DNA of 64,000 nucleotides from Salinirubrum litoreum (GCF_020567425.1 NZ_JAJCVJ010000002.1:535068-599067), one strand, 5' to 3'; positions 10,022 to 21,280 are shown, numbered from the stretch's first letter. Translations and numbers: made by a program. Notes: generated by a model not told the origin, from the sequence alone.

Positions 10022-11067
10022 TGACACAGGACGCGACGGAACAGCGGGTACTCGACGCGGTGGCAGCACGCCGTGAACTCGTCAACGACGCCATCGACGA
10101 GGAGTTGCCGATGTCGGAGCCACCACGGCTCTGGGAGGCGACTCGGTACCTGCTGGAAGCCGGCGGGAAGCGGCTCCGCCCGACCGTCGTCCTGCTCGCA
10201 GCCGAGGCACTCGCGGACGTGGAGCCGTTGTCGGCCGACTACCGATCCTTCCCGGCGCTCGACGACGCGACCATCGACGTGATGGCCGCCGCCGTCAGCC
10301 TGGAAGTCATCCAGTCGTTCACCCTGATCCACGACGACATCATGGACGACGACGACCTCCGGCGCGGCGTCCCGGCGGTCCACGAGGCGTACGACACCTC
10401 CACCGCCATCCTCGCGGGGGACACGCTGTACGCGAAGGCGTTCGAGTTGATGACGAACACCGACGCGCCCCCCGAGCACGCCCTCGAGGCGACCCGGCTG
10501 CTGGCGACGACCTGTATCCGCATCTGCGAGGGACAGGCCCTCGACGTGGAGTTCGAGCGCCAGACCGACGTGCTCCCGGAGGAGTACCTGGAGATGATCG
10601 AGCACAAGACCGCCGTGCTGTACGGGGCGTCGGCCGCGACGCCGGCCGTGTTGCTCGGTGCCGACGAGGAGACCGTCGAGGCGCTCTACCGGTACGGCAT
10701 CGACTCCGGGTGTGCCTTCCAGATCCAGGACGACGTGCTGGACCTGACGGTCCCCTCGGAGAAACTCGGCAAACAGCGCGGCTCCGATCTCGTCGAGAAC
10801 AAGGAGACGATCATCACGCTCCACGCGCGCCAGCAGGGCGTCGACGTCGACGGCCTCGTGGACGCCGACGACCCCGAGGAGGTCACGGAAGCCGAGATCG
10901 ACGACGCCGTCGCCGAACTGGAGGCGGCGGGCAGTATCGACTACGCCCGCGAGAAGGCACAGGAGTTGACAGACCGGAGCAAACAGCGACTGGCCGTGCT
11001 CCCGGACAACGAGGCCCGCAGTCTGCTCGAGGACCTCGCGGACTACCTCATCACGCGCGGCTACTGA
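10018..11067 (+). CDS. idsA: geranylgeranyl diphosphate synthase (short-chain trans-prenyltransferase)
   Basis: FARM and SARM DDxxD motifs ([11 protein letters not shown]; FQIQDDVLD); start overlaps the RNase J stop. Confidence 0.8.
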   Translation: MMTQDATEQRVLDAVAARRELVNDAIDEELPMSEPPRLWEATRYLLEAGGKRLRPTVVLLAAEALADVEPLSADYRSFPALDDATIDVMAAAVSLEVIQSFTLIHDDIMDDDDLRRGVPAVHEAYDTSTAILAGDTLYAKAFELMTNTDAPPEHALEATRLLATTCIRICEGQALDVEFERQTDVLPEEYLEMIEHKTAVLYGASAATPAVLLGADEETVEALYRYGIDSGCAFQIQDDVLDLTVPSEKLGKQRGSDLVENKETIITLHARQQGVDVDGLVDADDPEEVTEAEIDDAVAELEAAGSIDYAREKAQELTDRSKQRLAVLPDNEARSLLEDLADYLITRGY

Positions 11068-11085
11068 TCGTCGTCGGCCGTCTTT

Positions 11086-11532
11086 CTACGCGAGTCCGAA
11101 CAACAACAGCAGGTTCCACGCCGTCACCAGCGTCCCGAACAGACCGAGTCCCACCGGGAGGAAGTACGGGAGCAGTCTGTCGCCGGCCAGCGCCGAGTGG
11201 TGGGCGATTGCGAGACACGCCAGCATCGCGCCGAGTTTGACCGCCACGAGGCCCGCGAGGCCGAAGGTAGCGACGCCGCCGGCGACGACCGGGTTCGACT
11301 CGGCGACCCACGGGACGAACCAGACGATGGCGACGGTCGTCACCGTGTCGCCGACGCCGTAGCCGGCGGTGGCGAAGATCCACGCCCAGTAGAAGCGGTT
11401 CGGCGAGAGGTGGGTGGCTTCGAGCGAGAGCAGTCGGGCGACCCCGTGCCGGCGAGTCTGCGTCACGACGGGTCGTCGCGCCCTGAGAACAAGAAGATAG
11501 CGCGCCGGCTGTCCGCACGGCTCACTGGACAC
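11086..11532 (-). CDS. hypothetical membrane protein
   Basis: Hydrophobic ORF; true start uncertain (possible internal GTG). Confidence 0.35.
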   Translation of the reverse strand: MSSEPCGQPARYLLVLRARRPVVTQTRRHGVARLLSLEATHLSPNRFYWAWIFATAGYGVGDTVTTVAIVWFVPWVAESNPVVAGGVATFGLAGLVAVKLGAMLACLAIAHHSALAGDRLLPYFLPVGLGLFGTLVTAWNLLLLFGLA

Positions 11533-11833
11533 CCCGGCCCGACCGGCGGGGGACGACAGAGCCGGTGGCGTACAGCGAGTAGCCGAACGCCGCGAAGCCG
11601 ACGGCCGTCAGCACACTGCCGAGTCGGAGACCCAGGCTCTGTGACAGCGGCGCGACGTGGTGGAGCGCGCTCGTCACGGAGCCGAGGGTGACGAGCAGGA
11701 AACCGGTCGCTAGCGCGTGAAGCTGTCGGGAATCACGGTCGCGGGCGACACGGAAGGCGAGCAGCGCCAGTCCACCGCCCAGCAGGAACGTCACCGTCTT
11801 CGCCGTGACGAGGAGTGTGTACGTCGGTTGCAT
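11522..11833 (-). CDS. small hypothetical membrane protein
   Basis: Start at MQPTY; 3 predicted TM helices. Confidence 0.4.
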   Translation of the reverse strand: MQPTYTLLVTAKTVTFLLGGGLALLAFRVARDRDSRQLHALATGFLLVTLGSVTSALHHVAPLSQSLGLRLGSVLTAVGFAAFGYSLYATGSVVPRRSGRGVQ

Positions 11834-11968
11834 GGTCACCTCCGCGCGGTCGTATGCCACGCAGTCGGTTGTAAGTCCCCGCCAGTTCCCAGTGAGCGAA
11901 AATTCGACGCGCGCCGGACGAACGTGTTCGGGACCGAGTTTTCGGGACTGCGGGACCGACACGACGGT

Positions 11969-12421
11969 ATGGCCACGCTCGATGCGGCACCGGCGAACGA
12001 CGACGAGACGACAGCGACGGGCACGGACGAGACCCCACACCCGGCCGACCGGGCGACGACCACCGTCGAGGTGCGTGCGACCGGGAAGGTGCGCGACGCA
12101 CTGCCGAGCCACAGTCTGTCGTTCACCTTCGAGGGCGGGACGCTCCGTGCGTTCCTCGACGCCTTCTTCGCGGAGTACGAGGTGGCCGACCTGCTGCTCG
12201 CCGAGACGGACGCCGATGCGACCACCCGCGGGTGGGCCGACGCCCCGGAACCCGACGCGCTGCGGGGCACCTGGTACCGCAACCCCGAGGGCGAGCAGAC
12301 ACGCACGTACGCCCGCATCTGTGTCAACGGCCGGTTCAACGAGACGCTCGACGGACTCGACACGGAACTCGCAGACGGCGACCGCGTGGCGCTCATCAAC
12401 CCGTTCCTGTACTGCGTCTGA
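11969..12421 (+). CDS. MoaD/ThiS-like beta-grasp protein lacking C-terminal Gly-Gly
   Basis: C-terminal half resembles the MoaD/ThiS fold (ICVNG...GDRVALINPF) but ends in LYCV rather than GG. Confidence 0.4.
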   Translation: MATLDAAPANDDETTATGTDETPHPADRATTTVEVRATGKVRDALPSHSLSFTFEGGTLRAFLDAFFAEYEVADLLLAETDADATTRGWADAPEPDALRGTWYRNPEGEQTRTYARICVNGRFNETLDGLDTELADGDRVALINPFLYCV

Positions 12422-12457
12422 GACGAGCGAGGACGAGCAGACAGATCGCTCCCGCGC

Positions 12458-13384
12458 TCACTCCCGATCCAGCCGCGACAGCCCGTGCCAGAGCGCGTCG
12501 ACCATCTGAGCCTCGCCGTCGGCGGCGGGATCGGTCTCGCTCCAGCCACGGGCCAGGGCGTCCTCGACGACCGCCAGCGAGTGGTTCTCGAAGTTGTTCA
12601 TCCCCCGGAACTCCTCCAGGGCCTCGCGTTCCGCCTCGCCGAACGCGTCGGTGTCGCCGCGAGCGTCGGCGACGAGGAACCCCAGTTCGGCGAGCGTGTC
12701 GGCCACGGCAGTCGCCGTCTCGCCGTCCAACTCGCGGAGGTCGTCGGGTTCCTCGCGGGCCAGGAGTGTCACGTCGTACAGTTTGAAGACGCGCTCCAGT
12801 TCGTCGATAGGGGTTTCGTGGTCGTCGACCCGGACGTCGATCCAGCGGTCGTTCTTCGCGTCGTAGCCGCCCTCGGGCTTGACGACGTACAGCGCGGCGG
12901 ACTGCTCGCCGCGACTGTCGCCGCCGGCCTCGTTGCCGGCGTGGAGCGCGGCGAGGAGTCGCTCGGGCAGGCCACCCTCGGTCGTCTCGTAGGCGTCGGC
13001 CATCGCCGTCAGCGTCTCGCGGTTCTCCAAGATGTTCCCCTGGACGGTGTAGGTCTCGCCCTGCACGTCGCCGGCCACCTCGAAACAGTCGTCGCCGGTG
13101 AACGCCGCGACGGAGCCGTCGGCACCGACGACGCCGACCTGTCGGGACTCGGCCTCGTCGTCGACGGTGGTCAACTCCGCGATGGTCTCCTCGGCGGTGT
13201 GGCCCGCCCGGAGGAGGTCGAGGCCCTCGGGGCCGTAGGCGACGTTGGCGAACGACTGGGTGGCGATGGCCCCCGCGTCGGCGGCCGCGAAGGGCACCAC
13301 GGAGCCGACGCTGACGAACTTCGACTGGACAGCGACGCCGACGGCGTCCTGTTCGGGGTCGCGTGCGACGATTGAGAACGTCAT
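12458..13384 (-). CDS. DUF1028 family protein (Ntn-hydrolase-like)
   Basis: Start MTFSIVARD typical of DUF1028; paralog at 42187. Confidence 0.6.
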   Translation of the reverse strand: MTFSIVARDPEQDAVGVAVQSKFVSVGSVVPFAAADAGAIATQSFANVAYGPEGLDLLRAGHTAEETIAELTTVDDEAESRQVGVVGADGSVAAFTGDDCFEVAGDVQGETYTVQGNILENRETLTAMADAYETTEGGLPERLLAALHAGNEAGGDSRGEQSAALYVVKPEGGYDAKNDRWIDVRVDDHETPIDELERVFKLYDVTLLAREEPDDLRELDGETATAVADTLAELGFLVADARGDTDAFGEAEREALEEFRGMNNFENHSLAVVEDALARGWSETDPAADGEAQMVDALWHGLSRLDRE

Positions 13385-13439
13385 GGTACTCGCTGTGGTG
13401 TGGGGGCGACAAAAAGGGTCGAGTACGTTCGAGACGGGA

Positions 13440-13700
13440 ACTTGGGTGATTCGAGTGATGGCGGGAACTCTGTCGGATACGTCGCAGACGACGAGCGGTG
13501 AAAGCCCCCGGCGTCTCGACCGGCCCCTTTCAGTCCCACCCGGGTTCGTGTCCCATCGTGTCGTCACTGGTCGTCACCCGGCGAACCGACTGCGAGTTCG
13601 GAACCCGGTCGTCGCAGTAGTCTCCCCACACCTCCCCGACTGCTGAGCGACCGACCTGCGAGCAGGCCCTCGCTGTCGCTCGGACACTGCTCGGGTCGGA
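13440..13700 (-). repeat. dispersed structured repeat, copy A (short form, minus orientation)
   Basis: Shares modules with copies at 38670, 46500, 51800, 54420, 55980 and 59800 (GCCAGCAGTCGGGGAGG, GGGACTGAAAGGGGCCGG, GGGGGCTTTCACCGCTCGTCGT). Confidence 0.7.
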
Positions 13701-13766
13701 TCGCCACCTGCTCGCGTCCTCGTTGGATTCCAGCGTGGGCGAGAAGGGGATGACGGCCCTGTTGTC

Positions 13767-13795
13767 GGGAGAGGTATATAAATGAGTCGCGCTTC
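13767..13795 (+). promoter_or_regulatory. TATA-like boxes upstream of uvrC
   Basis: tatataaat and tataaat in the AT-rich stretch upstream of uvrC. Confidence 0.35.
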
Positions 13796-13875
13796 GTATA
13801 AATGGTCGTCGCGGGTCGGGAGCACTCGACCGCGTCGCGTCACCCTCAAGCCGATCCGACCGTTACCACCACCGA

Positions 13876-15612
13876 ATGGAGACCGAGACCGTCCGCGACC
13901 GCGCCCGCGAGTTCCCGCGCGACCCGGGCGTCTACCAGTTCCACGCCGGCGAGGCGGTGCTGTACGTCGGGAAGGCCGTGGATCTGCGGGACCGGGTGGC
14001 GAGTTACGCCGACCCCCGGAGCGAGCGCATCCGCCGGATGGTCGCCCACGCCGACCGTCTCGACTTCGCCGTCACCGACACCGAGACGCAGGCACTCCTC
14101 CTCGAAGCGAACCTCATCAAGCGCCACCAGCCGCGGTACAACGTCCGCCTGAAGGACGACAAGTCCTACCCGCTCGTCCAGTTCACCGACCACCCGGTCC
14201 CCCGGATCGAGATCACCCGCGACCCGAACGACGCCGCGACCGTCTTCGGACCCTACACGAGCAAAGGCGACGTGGAGGTCGTCGTCAAGGCCGTCCGCGA
14301 GATCTACGGCCTGCGGGGCTGTTCCGACCACAAGTACGACAACCGCGACCGGCCCTGCCTCGACTACGAGATGGGGCTCTGCACCGCCCCCTGTACCGGC
14401 GAGATACCGGCCGAGGACTACCGCGAGGACACGGAGACAGCCCGCCGGTTCTTCGCGGGCGAGACGGGGATCCTCGCGGACCCGCTCCGCCGGGAGATGG
14501 AACAGGCCGCAGCAGAGCAGAACTTCGAGCGCGCCGCGAACCTCCGCGACCGACTGGGCATCGTCGAGTCGTTCCACGGCACGGGCGGCGAGGCGGTCGC
14601 CGGCGACACCGAGAGCGAACGCGACGTGGACGTTCTCGGCGCGGCGATCACCGGCGACGACGCGGTCGTCGCGCGCCTCCACGCCGAACGCGGCCAACTC
14701 GTGGACCGGTCGCGCCACCACCTCGACGCGCCGGAGGGCGAGGACCGCGTCGCCGACCTGCTGGCGGCGTTCGTGCCGCAGTACTACGCCGAACGCGACC
14801 TGCCCGACGCCCTCCTGCTCTCTGAACGCCCGGACGACGCGGAACTGCTCGCGTGGCTCGACTCTGAGGGTGTCGCGGTCCGGGTGCCCGGCGCGGGCAG
14901 AGAGGCCAAACTGGTCGAACTCGCGCTGAAGAACGCCCGGAGCGGCCCGACGCGCTCGGACGGCCTCGCGGCGCTGGCGGCCGAACTCGGTCTCGACGCG
15001 GCGGAGCGCATCGAGGGGTTCGACGTGAGCCACGCGCAGGGGACGGCGGTCGTCGGCAGCGACGTCTGTTTCGTCGGCGGCTCCGCCGAGAAGGCCGACT
15101 ACCGCCGGAAGAAACTCCCCGACAGAAACGACGACTACGCGAACATGCGCGACCTGCTCCGGTGGCGCGCCGAGCGCGCGGTCGAGGAGCGAGACGACCG
15201 GCCCAACCCCGACCTCCTGTTGATCGACGGCGGCGACGGCCAACTCGGCGCGGCGCGGGACGCGCTCCGGGAGGTCGGCTGGGACGTGCCGGTCGTCGCC
15301 CTCGCGAAAGAGGAGGAACTGGTGATCACGCCCGACGGCGTGCTCGACTGGGACAGCGACGCGCCGCACCTGCACGTCCTCCAACGAGTCCGCGACGAGG
15401 CGCACCGCTTCGCGGTCCAGTACCACCAGACACTCCGGGACGAAGTCTCGACCGTCCTCGACGACGTGCCCGGCGTCGGCCCGCAGACGCGCCGGCGACT
15501 CCTCCGGCGGTTCGGCAGTGTCGACGGCGTGCGCGCGGCGTCGGTCGCAGAACTTCAGGACGTAGACGGCGTCGGCGAGACGACGGCCGAGGCGATCAAG
15601 TCGCGGCTCTGA
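13876..15612 (+). CDS. uvrC: excinuclease ABC subunit C
   Basis: N-terminal GIY-YIG (PGVYQF...LYVGKA), 578 aa; C-terminal HhH region. Confidence 0.9.
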   Translation: METETVRDRAREFPRDPGVYQFHAGEAVLYVGKAVDLRDRVASYADPRSERIRRMVAHADRLDFAVTDTETQALLLEANLIKRHQPRYNVRLKDDKSYPLVQFTDHPVPRIEITRDPNDAATVFGPYTSKGDVEVVVKAVREIYGLRGCSDHKYDNRDRPCLDYEMGLCTAPCTGEIPAEDYREDTETARRFFAGETGILADPLRREMEQAAAEQNFERAANLRDRLGIVESFHGTGGEAVAGDTESERDVDVLGAAITGDDAVVARLHAERGQLVDRSRHHLDAPEGEDRVADLLAAFVPQYYAERDLPDALLLSERPDDAELLAWLDSEGVAVRVPGAGREAKLVELALKNARSGPTRSDGLAALAAELGLDAAERIEGFDVSHAQGTAVVGSDVCFVGGSAEKADYRRKKLPDRNDDYANMRDLLRWRAERAVEERDDRPNPDLLLIDGGDGQLGAARDALREVGWDVPVVALAKEEELVITPDGVLDWDSDAPHLHVLQRVRDEAHRFAVQYHQTLRDEVSTVLDDVPGVGPQTRRRLLRRFGSVDGVRAASVAELQDVDGVGETTAEAIKSRL

Positions 15613-15618
15613 GTGGCG

Positions 15619-16953
15619 TCACGAGGACCGTTCCCGGTCCTCGGCCGGCGTCTCGTCCCCGTCGTCGGGTGCCGACTCGCTGTCGGCGTCCGCATCCTCG
15701 CCGGGAGGCTCTCCGTCTTCTCGCTGCTCGTCGGAGGCACCGGTCGCTGCCGTCGGGTCCTCAGTGGCCGGGTCGTCCATCTCGTCGGCATCGGGTGCGG
15801 CTTCGTCCGCCGACGCCTCGCTGTGACCGCCCCAGTCTCTGGCCTCGTCGGGGTCGGGTCGCTCGGCGCGCGTCCCCCGGTCGCCGGTCGGTTCGCGGGA
15901 CTCGACGTCTCCCGGCGAATCCTCGTCGTCTGTCGTCTCGTCTACGTCCTCGTCGTCTGTCGTCTCGTCTACGTCCTCGTCGTCTGTCGTCTCGTCTACG
16001 TCCTCGTCGTCTGTCGTCTCGTCTACGTCCTCGTCGTCTGTCGTCTCGTCTACGTCCTCGTCGTCTGTCGTCTCGTCTACGTCCTCGTCGTCTGTCGTCT
16101 CGTCTACGTCCTCGTCGTCTGTCGTCTCGTCTACGTCCTCGTCGTCTGTCGTCTCGTCTACGTCCTCGCTGTCGGTCACCTCGTCGTCGCCGCCGATCTG
16201 TCCCACACTCGGGTCGTCGGCGTGGACGCGGGTCTGGTCGACCTGCACCTCGGGGGCGTGGTGTGGTCCGTGTTCTTCGACGACGTCCTCCGGATCGGGG
16301 ACGGTCTCGTCGGTGTCGGTCTCTGTCGCGGTCGAGTCGGTCTCGTCTTCGGCCGCCACCTCGTCCTCGGTCGCATCCACCCCGTCTTCGGTCGTGATCG
16401 GGTCGACGTCGGCGGCGTCGACTGGCTGTTCGGGGCCGTCGGGTGCCTCGGCGTCCGGAACGGATTGCTCCGGCGGGTCGAGAGACGCCGCCTCCGGGCG
16501 TGCGTTCTCGGGGGTATCGGCGGTCTCCGTCTCCCCGCCGTCGGTCGCGTCCTGGAACGCCGAGGGCATCTCGGGGGCGTTCATCCCGGACTCCTCCATC
16601 CCCTCCCTGCCGGCTTCGATCCCCTCGCCGACCATGTCACCGATGTCGGTCAGACCGACGATGAACGCCGCGATCAGGTAGAGCCCCCCGGACGGCAGGA
16701 TGACCATCCCGAGGACCTCCTGTGGGAACCCGAGCACGAGCAGTGCGAGCGAGGCTCCGAGCGTCGGGAGCGACCGTTTCAGGAGGATACCGGCGGTGCC
16801 CAGCATCGCCGCGCCGATAACGAGCGCGAACAGTTGGTCGCTCGGGGCTGCCTGCCCGCCCTGTCGTCGGAACCACCAGAGGACCCCGGCCAACAGAATC
16901 GGGGTGCCGATCCCGATGAGATAGGCGTAGGTCCGCGCGCGTAACCGAGCCAT
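15619..16953 (-). CDS. membrane protein with long acidic tandem-repeat tail (DEDVDETTD x9)
   Basis: Start at MARLRAR; N-terminal TM helices followed by a D/E/T-rich region including nine identical 9-aa repeats. Confidence 0.6.
   Translation of the reverse strand: MARLRARTYAYLIGIGTPILLAGVLWWFRRQGGQAAPSDQLFALVIGAAMLGTAGILLKRSLPTLGASLALLVLGFPQEVLGMVILPSGGLYLIAAFIVGLTDIGDMVGEGIEAGREGMEESGMNAPEMPSAFQDATDGGETETADTPENARPEAASLDPPEQSVPDAEAPDGPEQPVDAADVDPITTEDGVDATEDEVAAEDETDSTATETDTDETVPDPEDVVEEHGPHHAPEVQVDQTRVHADDPSVGQIGGDDEVTDSEDVDETTDDEDVDETTDDEDVDETTDDEDVDETTDDEDVDETTDDEDVDETTDDEDVDETTDDEDVDETTDDEDVDETTDDEDSPGDVESREPTGDRGTRAERPDPDEARDWGGHSEASADEAAPDADEMDDPATEDPTAATGASDEQREDGEPPGEDADADSESAPDDGDETPAEDRERSS
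15921..16165. repeat. perfect 27-nt tandem repeat x9 inside the coding sequence
   Basis: cctcgtcgtctgtcgtctcgtctacgt reiterated with nucleotide identity. Confidence 0.9.
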
Positions 16954-17083
16954 ACAGGCCCGTTCGCCCCCCACGGGTATAACGACTTTCGGACTCCGGC
17001 CGGCGAAACGAACGCCGAGACGGGAGTCTGTGGTCGCTCGTGGCGGCCCCACGCCGCGCGCACACCGGCACACACTCGCCGAC

Positions 17084-17177
17084 CGGTCACCGCCGCGTCG
17101 TCCTGCGCGGAAGCGTTAACACATACTCGCCGACCGGTCACCGCCGCGTCGTCCTGCGCGGAAGCGTTAACACATCG
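17084..17177. repeat. 47-bp tandem duplication in the divergent promoter region
   Basis: ctcgccgaccggtcaccgccgcgtcgtcctgcgcggaagcgttaacacat present twice, head to tail. Confidence 0.85.
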
Positions 17178-17195
17178 CGGCCGAAAGAGTGCAGT

Positions 17196-18398
17196 ATGTC
17201 CTCCATCTTCCGCGAGTTGGGTCGGCTCAGCGCCGAACTCGACGGCAGTTCGGGTCAGCGGTCCGGCGGGCAGCGTGGGTCGGGCGGATCGGGCAGTCGT
17301 AGCTCCGGCGGCCGCGGACCGGGGAACGTGATCCCGATTCTCACGCTGTTGGGCATCGGTGCGTTGCTCGTGCTGTTCGTCCTGCCGATCCTCGACCTGT
17401 TCACCTTCGTCGCACTGCTCGCACTCCTGGTCGCGGTCGCCACCGTCGCCAGCGCGGTCGAAGTCGTGCAGGCCTACGAGAAACGCGCACTGACGGTGTT
17501 CGGCGAGTACCGGGGACTGCTCGACCCCGGAATCCACTTCGTCCCGCCGTTCGTCTCGAAGGCGTACACTTTCGACATGCGGACCCAGACAATCGACGTG
17601 CCCCGGCAGGAGGCGATCACCGAAGACAACTCCCCGGTCACCGCCGACGCCGTGGTCTACATCCGGGTGATGGACGCGAAGAAGGCCTTCCTAGAGGTCG
17701 ACGACTACACCCGCGCCGTCTCGAACCTCGCCCAGACGACGCTCCGTGCCGTGCTGGGCGACATGCAACTCGACGAGACGCTCTCCCGGCGCGACCACAT
17801 CAACGCCCGCATCCGCCGGGAACTCGACGAACCCACCGACGAGTGGGGCGTGCGCGTCGAGTCGGTCGAGGTGCGCGAAGTGAAACCTTCGCCGGCGGTC
17901 GAGAACGCGATGGAACAGCAGACCTCCGCCGAACGCCGCCGCCGGGCGATGATCCTCGAAGCGCAGGGGAGTCGCCGGAGCGCCGTCGAGACGGCACAGG
18001 GTGACAAGCAGTCGAACATCATCCGGGCACAGGGGAAGAAACAGGCGCAGATTCTCACGGCACAGGGTGACGCCATCTCGACCGTCCTCCGGGCGAAGTC
18101 CGCCGAGTCGATGGGTGAACGCGCCATCATCGACAAGGGGATGGAGACACTCTCGTCGATCGGTCAGGGCGACTCGACGACGTTCGTCCTCCCGCAGGAA
18201 CTGACCAGTCTGCTCGGACGCTACGGACAACAGTTGTCTGGCTCCGACGTGCAGGACTCCGCGGGCCTCGACAGCAAGCAGTTCGACGAGGAGACCCGCG
18301 AGATGCTCGGCCTCGACGACATCGAGGAGATCGTCGAGAACCTGCCGACCGAGACCGCGAACGGCGTCGAGTCGGCCGAGTTGGCACGCGAGGAGTAG
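17196..18398 (+). CDS. SPFH/band-7 (stomatin/prohibitin-like) membrane protein
   Basis: N-terminal TM then SPFH domain (FGEYRGLLDPGIHFVPPFV...); coiled-coil/acidic C-terminus. Confidence 0.85.
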   Translation: MSSIFRELGRLSAELDGSSGQRSGGQRGSGGSGSRSSGGRGPGNVIPILTLLGIGALLVLFVLPILDLFTFVALLALLVAVATVASAVEVVQAYEKRALTVFGEYRGLLDPGIHFVPPFVSKAYTFDMRTQTIDVPRQEAITEDNSPVTADAVVYIRVMDAKKAFLEVDDYTRAVSNLAQTTLRAVLGDMQLDETLSRRDHINARIRRELDEPTDEWGVRVESVEVREVKPSPAVENAMEQQTSAERRRRAMILEAQGSRRSAVETAQGDKQSNIIRAQGKKQAQILTAQGDAISTVLRAKSAESMGERAIIDKGMETLSSIGQGDSTTFVLPQELTSLLGRYGQQLSGSDVQDSAGLDSKQFDEETREMLGLDDIEEIVENLPTETANGVESAELAREE

Positions 18399-18433
18399 CG
18401 ACGGACGCCGAGGTCACCGACGCGGACGCCGAC

Positions 18434-19135
18434 TCACGCGGCGGGCGACGTGGACGCCGCGACCGCCTGTCCCGCGACGTGGGCGACGACGACGAAGACG
18501 TAGAACTGCACGACGAAACCGACAAGCAGGAAGACGAGCGGTGCGGCGACGAGGCTCCCGGCGACCGCGACGAGGCCTGCGAGGAGCATCCCGACGACGT
18601 ACGACTTCGAGAGGGCGACCGCTCTGAGCGCGTCCCAGCGGAACGCCGCACCGAGGTCGTCTTCCACCGCGAGACCGACGAGTGCGGCCGGGAGCAGGTA
18701 GTATGCGAGCAGTGAGAGGAGTGCCCCCAGAAGGATCACGCCGACGAAGACGACGAGAAACAGTGTCGTTCCGGCGGCCGCACCCGCCTCGCTGCCGGCC
18801 GCGCCGGACCCGAGTGCTGCGCCGAACGGGAGTGCGAACACCGCGACGAGGACGCCGCCGACCGTGACGACGAACACGGGCAGGAGGTACGCGAAGACCA
18901 CGAGGAGCGCCTTCAGGCCGTCGACAGCGAGCGTCTCCCAGTCGTCCCACGGCGGGAGTTCGTCGGTGTCGCCCGTGTCGTCGACTGCGTCTCGGAGCAC
19001 CCGGAGGAGGTAGCCGTACAGGAAGACACCGGGCAGGACGAAGATGGCCCCACCCAACTGGATCGCTCCGCCGATCAGCAGTCGTTGCAGCGCCTCGTCG
19101 CCGGACCGTGCGTAGGACAACGCCTCACTCAACAT
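18434..19135 (-). CDS. polytopic membrane protein (DUF4013-like)
   Basis: Pattern resembles the haloarchaeal DUF4013 family; multiple TM helices. Confidence 0.45.
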   Translation of the reverse strand: MLSEALSYARSGDEALQRLLIGGAIQLGGAIFVLPGVFLYGYLLRVLRDAVDDTGDTDELPPWDDWETLAVDGLKALLVVFAYLLPVFVVTVGGVLVAVFALPFGAALGSGAAGSEAGAAAGTTLFLVVFVGVILLGALLSLLAYYLLPAALVGLAVEDDLGAAFRWDALRAVALSKSYVVGMLLAGLVAVAGSLVAAPLVFLLVGFVVQFYVFVVVAHVAGQAVAASTSPAA

Positions 19136-19219
19136 ACCTGTCGCAACGGTTCAGTGTCGGCTACTTAGTCGTTGGCAGACGCGCCGGCATCGGCGGAGGG
19201 TCGAGTCGAGTACGCCGTG

Positions 19220-21280
19220 TCAGAAGTCGGGGTCGATCTCGGGGGCGACGCCGTCGTCCTCGGCGTCGAGCGCGAAGTCCCGGCGCAGTTCCCGGATGCG
19301 GTCGCGGATGTCGGCCGCGAGTTCGAACTCGAGGTTGCCGGCGGCCTCGTCCATCTTGTCCTCCAGCACCGCGATGCGCTGTTTCGCTTCCTCGGCGTCG
19401 GCCACGTCGTCGGTGCTGGTGCCGGCGGTGTCGGTCTTGCTCCCCGGGAGCGAGGTCTCGCCGACCTCCTTCTCGATCGTCGTCGGCGTGTAGCCGTGTT
19501 CCTCGTTGAACTCCTGCTGGATCGCTCTGCGGCGCTGGGTCTCCTCGATGGCCGACTCCATCGCGTCGGTCGTCCGGTTCGCGTACAGCACGACCTCGCC
19601 CTCGACGTTCCGGGCGGCGCGGCCCATCGTCTGCACCAGCGTCGTCTCCGAGCGCAGGAACCCCTCCTGGTCGGCGTCGAGGATGGCGACGAGACTCACC
19701 TCGGGGATGTCGAGGCCCTCTCGCAGGAGGTTGATCCCGACGAGCACGTCGATCTGGCCGAGTCGCAGGGAGCGGATGATCTCGTGGCGTTCGAGGGTGT
19801 CGGTCTCGTCGTGCATGTACTCGACCGCGACGCCGGACTCCTCTAAGAACTCGGTCAGGTCCTCCGCCATGCGCTTGGTCAGCGTCGTGACGAGGACGCG
19901 TTCGTCGCGGTCGATGCGCTCTTCGATGCGACCCATCAGGTCGTCCACCTGGTCGTCGGCGCTCTCGACGGTGACCTTCGGGTCGACGAGGTGGGTCGGG
20001 CGGACGATCTGTTCGACGATCTGGTCGCTGTGCTCGCGTTCGTAGTCGCCCGGCGTCGCCGAGACGTACAGCGTCCGGTCGGTCTTCTCCTCGAACTCCT
20101 CGAAGGTGAGGGGTCGGTTGTCGTAGGCGGTCGGCAGGCGGAAGCCGTTCTCCACGAGCGAATCCTTCCGGGACTTGTCGCCCGCGAACTGGCCTTTGAT
20201 CTGCGGCAGGGTCTGGTGGGACTCGTCGACCACGGTGAGGAAGTCGTCCGGGAAGTAGTCCAGCAGGGTGTAGGGAGCCTCGCCCGGTTCGCGGTCGGAG
20301 AGGTGGACCGAGTAGTTCTCGATGCCCGAACAGTAGCCCGCCTCTCTCAGCATCTCCAGGTCGAAGGTCGTGCGCTCCTCGATGCGCTGGGCGGCCACCA
20401 GGTCGCCCTGTCGCTCGAAGTGGCGGACGCGGTCGTCCATCAGGTCCTCGATCTCCGCGATGGCGTTCTCGAGGCGTTCTTCGGGGATCGAGTAGTGTTC
20501 CGCCGGGTGGATCAGGACGGCCGGTTCTTCGGACTTGACCTCCCCGTCGAGGGTGTCGATCTTCAGCATCCGGTCGATCTCGTCGCCCCAGAACTCGATC
20601 CGGACCGCGTACCGGCCGTACATCGGGAACACCTCGACGGTGTCGCCCCGGACGCGGAAGGTGCCCTGCTGGAAGTCCACGTCGTTGCGCTCGTAGTTCA
20701 GATCGACCAACTGGGCGAGCAGTTCGTCGCGGTCGATCTCCTGGCCCACGGAGAGTTCCAGCGACATGTCGACGTAGTTGCGCGGGTCACCGAGCCCGTA
20801 GATGGCCGAGACGGAGGCGACGACGATCACGTCGTCCCGCGTGAGCAGCGACCGCGTCGCGGAGTGGCGCAGGCGGTCGATCTCCTCGTTGATCGACATC
20901 TCCTTGTCGATGTAGGTGTCGGTCTGTTCGACGTAGGCCTCCGGCTGGTAGTAGTCGTAGTAGGAGACGAAGTACTCGACGGCGTTGTCCGGGAACAGGT
21001 TGCGGAACTCCTCGTACAACTGTGCGGCGAGGGTCTTGTTGTGCGCGATGACGAGGGTGGGTTGCTGGAGTTCCTCGACCGTCCACGAGACGGTGTTAGT
21101 CTTCCCGGAGCCAGTCACCCCGAGCAGGGTCTGTTCGTCCATCCCGGACTCGTAGCCGGCCACGAGTTGCTCGATGGCTTCGGGTTGGTCACCGGCCGGG
21201 TCGAAGGGGGCGTCGACCCGGAATCGATTGTCGGCTCCCGGTCGGTCCGGCTGGAGCGGCCCGGACGTGCTGTCGCTCAT
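19220..21280 (-). CDS. uvrB: excinuclease ABC subunit B
   Basis: 686 aa; helicase motifs ([12 protein letters not shown]) and UvrB C-terminal domain. Confidence 0.9.
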   Translation of the reverse strand: MSDSTSGPLQPDRPGADNRFRVDAPFDPAGDQPEAIEQLVAGYESGMDEQTLLGVTGSGKTNTVSWTVEELQQPTLVIAHNKTLAAQLYEEFRNLFPDNAVEYFVSYYDYYQPEAYVEQTDTYIDKEMSINEEIDRLRHSATRSLLTRDDVIVVASVSAIYGLGDPRNYVDMSLELSVGQEIDRDELLAQLVDLNYERNDVDFQQGTFRVRGDTVEVFPMYGRYAVRIEFWGDEIDRMLKIDTLDGEVKSEEPAVLIHPAEHYSIPEERLENAIAEIEDLMDDRVRHFERQGDLVAAQRIEERTTFDLEMLREAGYCSGIENYSVHLSDREPGEAPYTLLDYFPDDFLTVVDESHQTLPQIKGQFAGDKSRKDSLVENGFRLPTAYDNRPLTFEEFEEKTDRTLYVSATPGDYEREHSDQIVEQIVRPTHLVDPKVTVESADDQVDDLMGRIEERIDRDERVLVTTLTKRMAEDLTEFLEESGVAVEYMHDETDTLERHEIIRSLRLGQIDVLVGINLLREGLDIPEVSLVAILDADQEGFLRSETTLVQTMGRAARNVEGEVVLYANRTTDAMESAIEETQRRRAIQQEFNEEHGYTPTTIEKEVGETSLPGSKTDTAGTSTDDVADAEEAKQRIAVLEDKMDEAAGNLEFELAADIRDRIRELRRDFALDAEDDGVAPEIDPDF

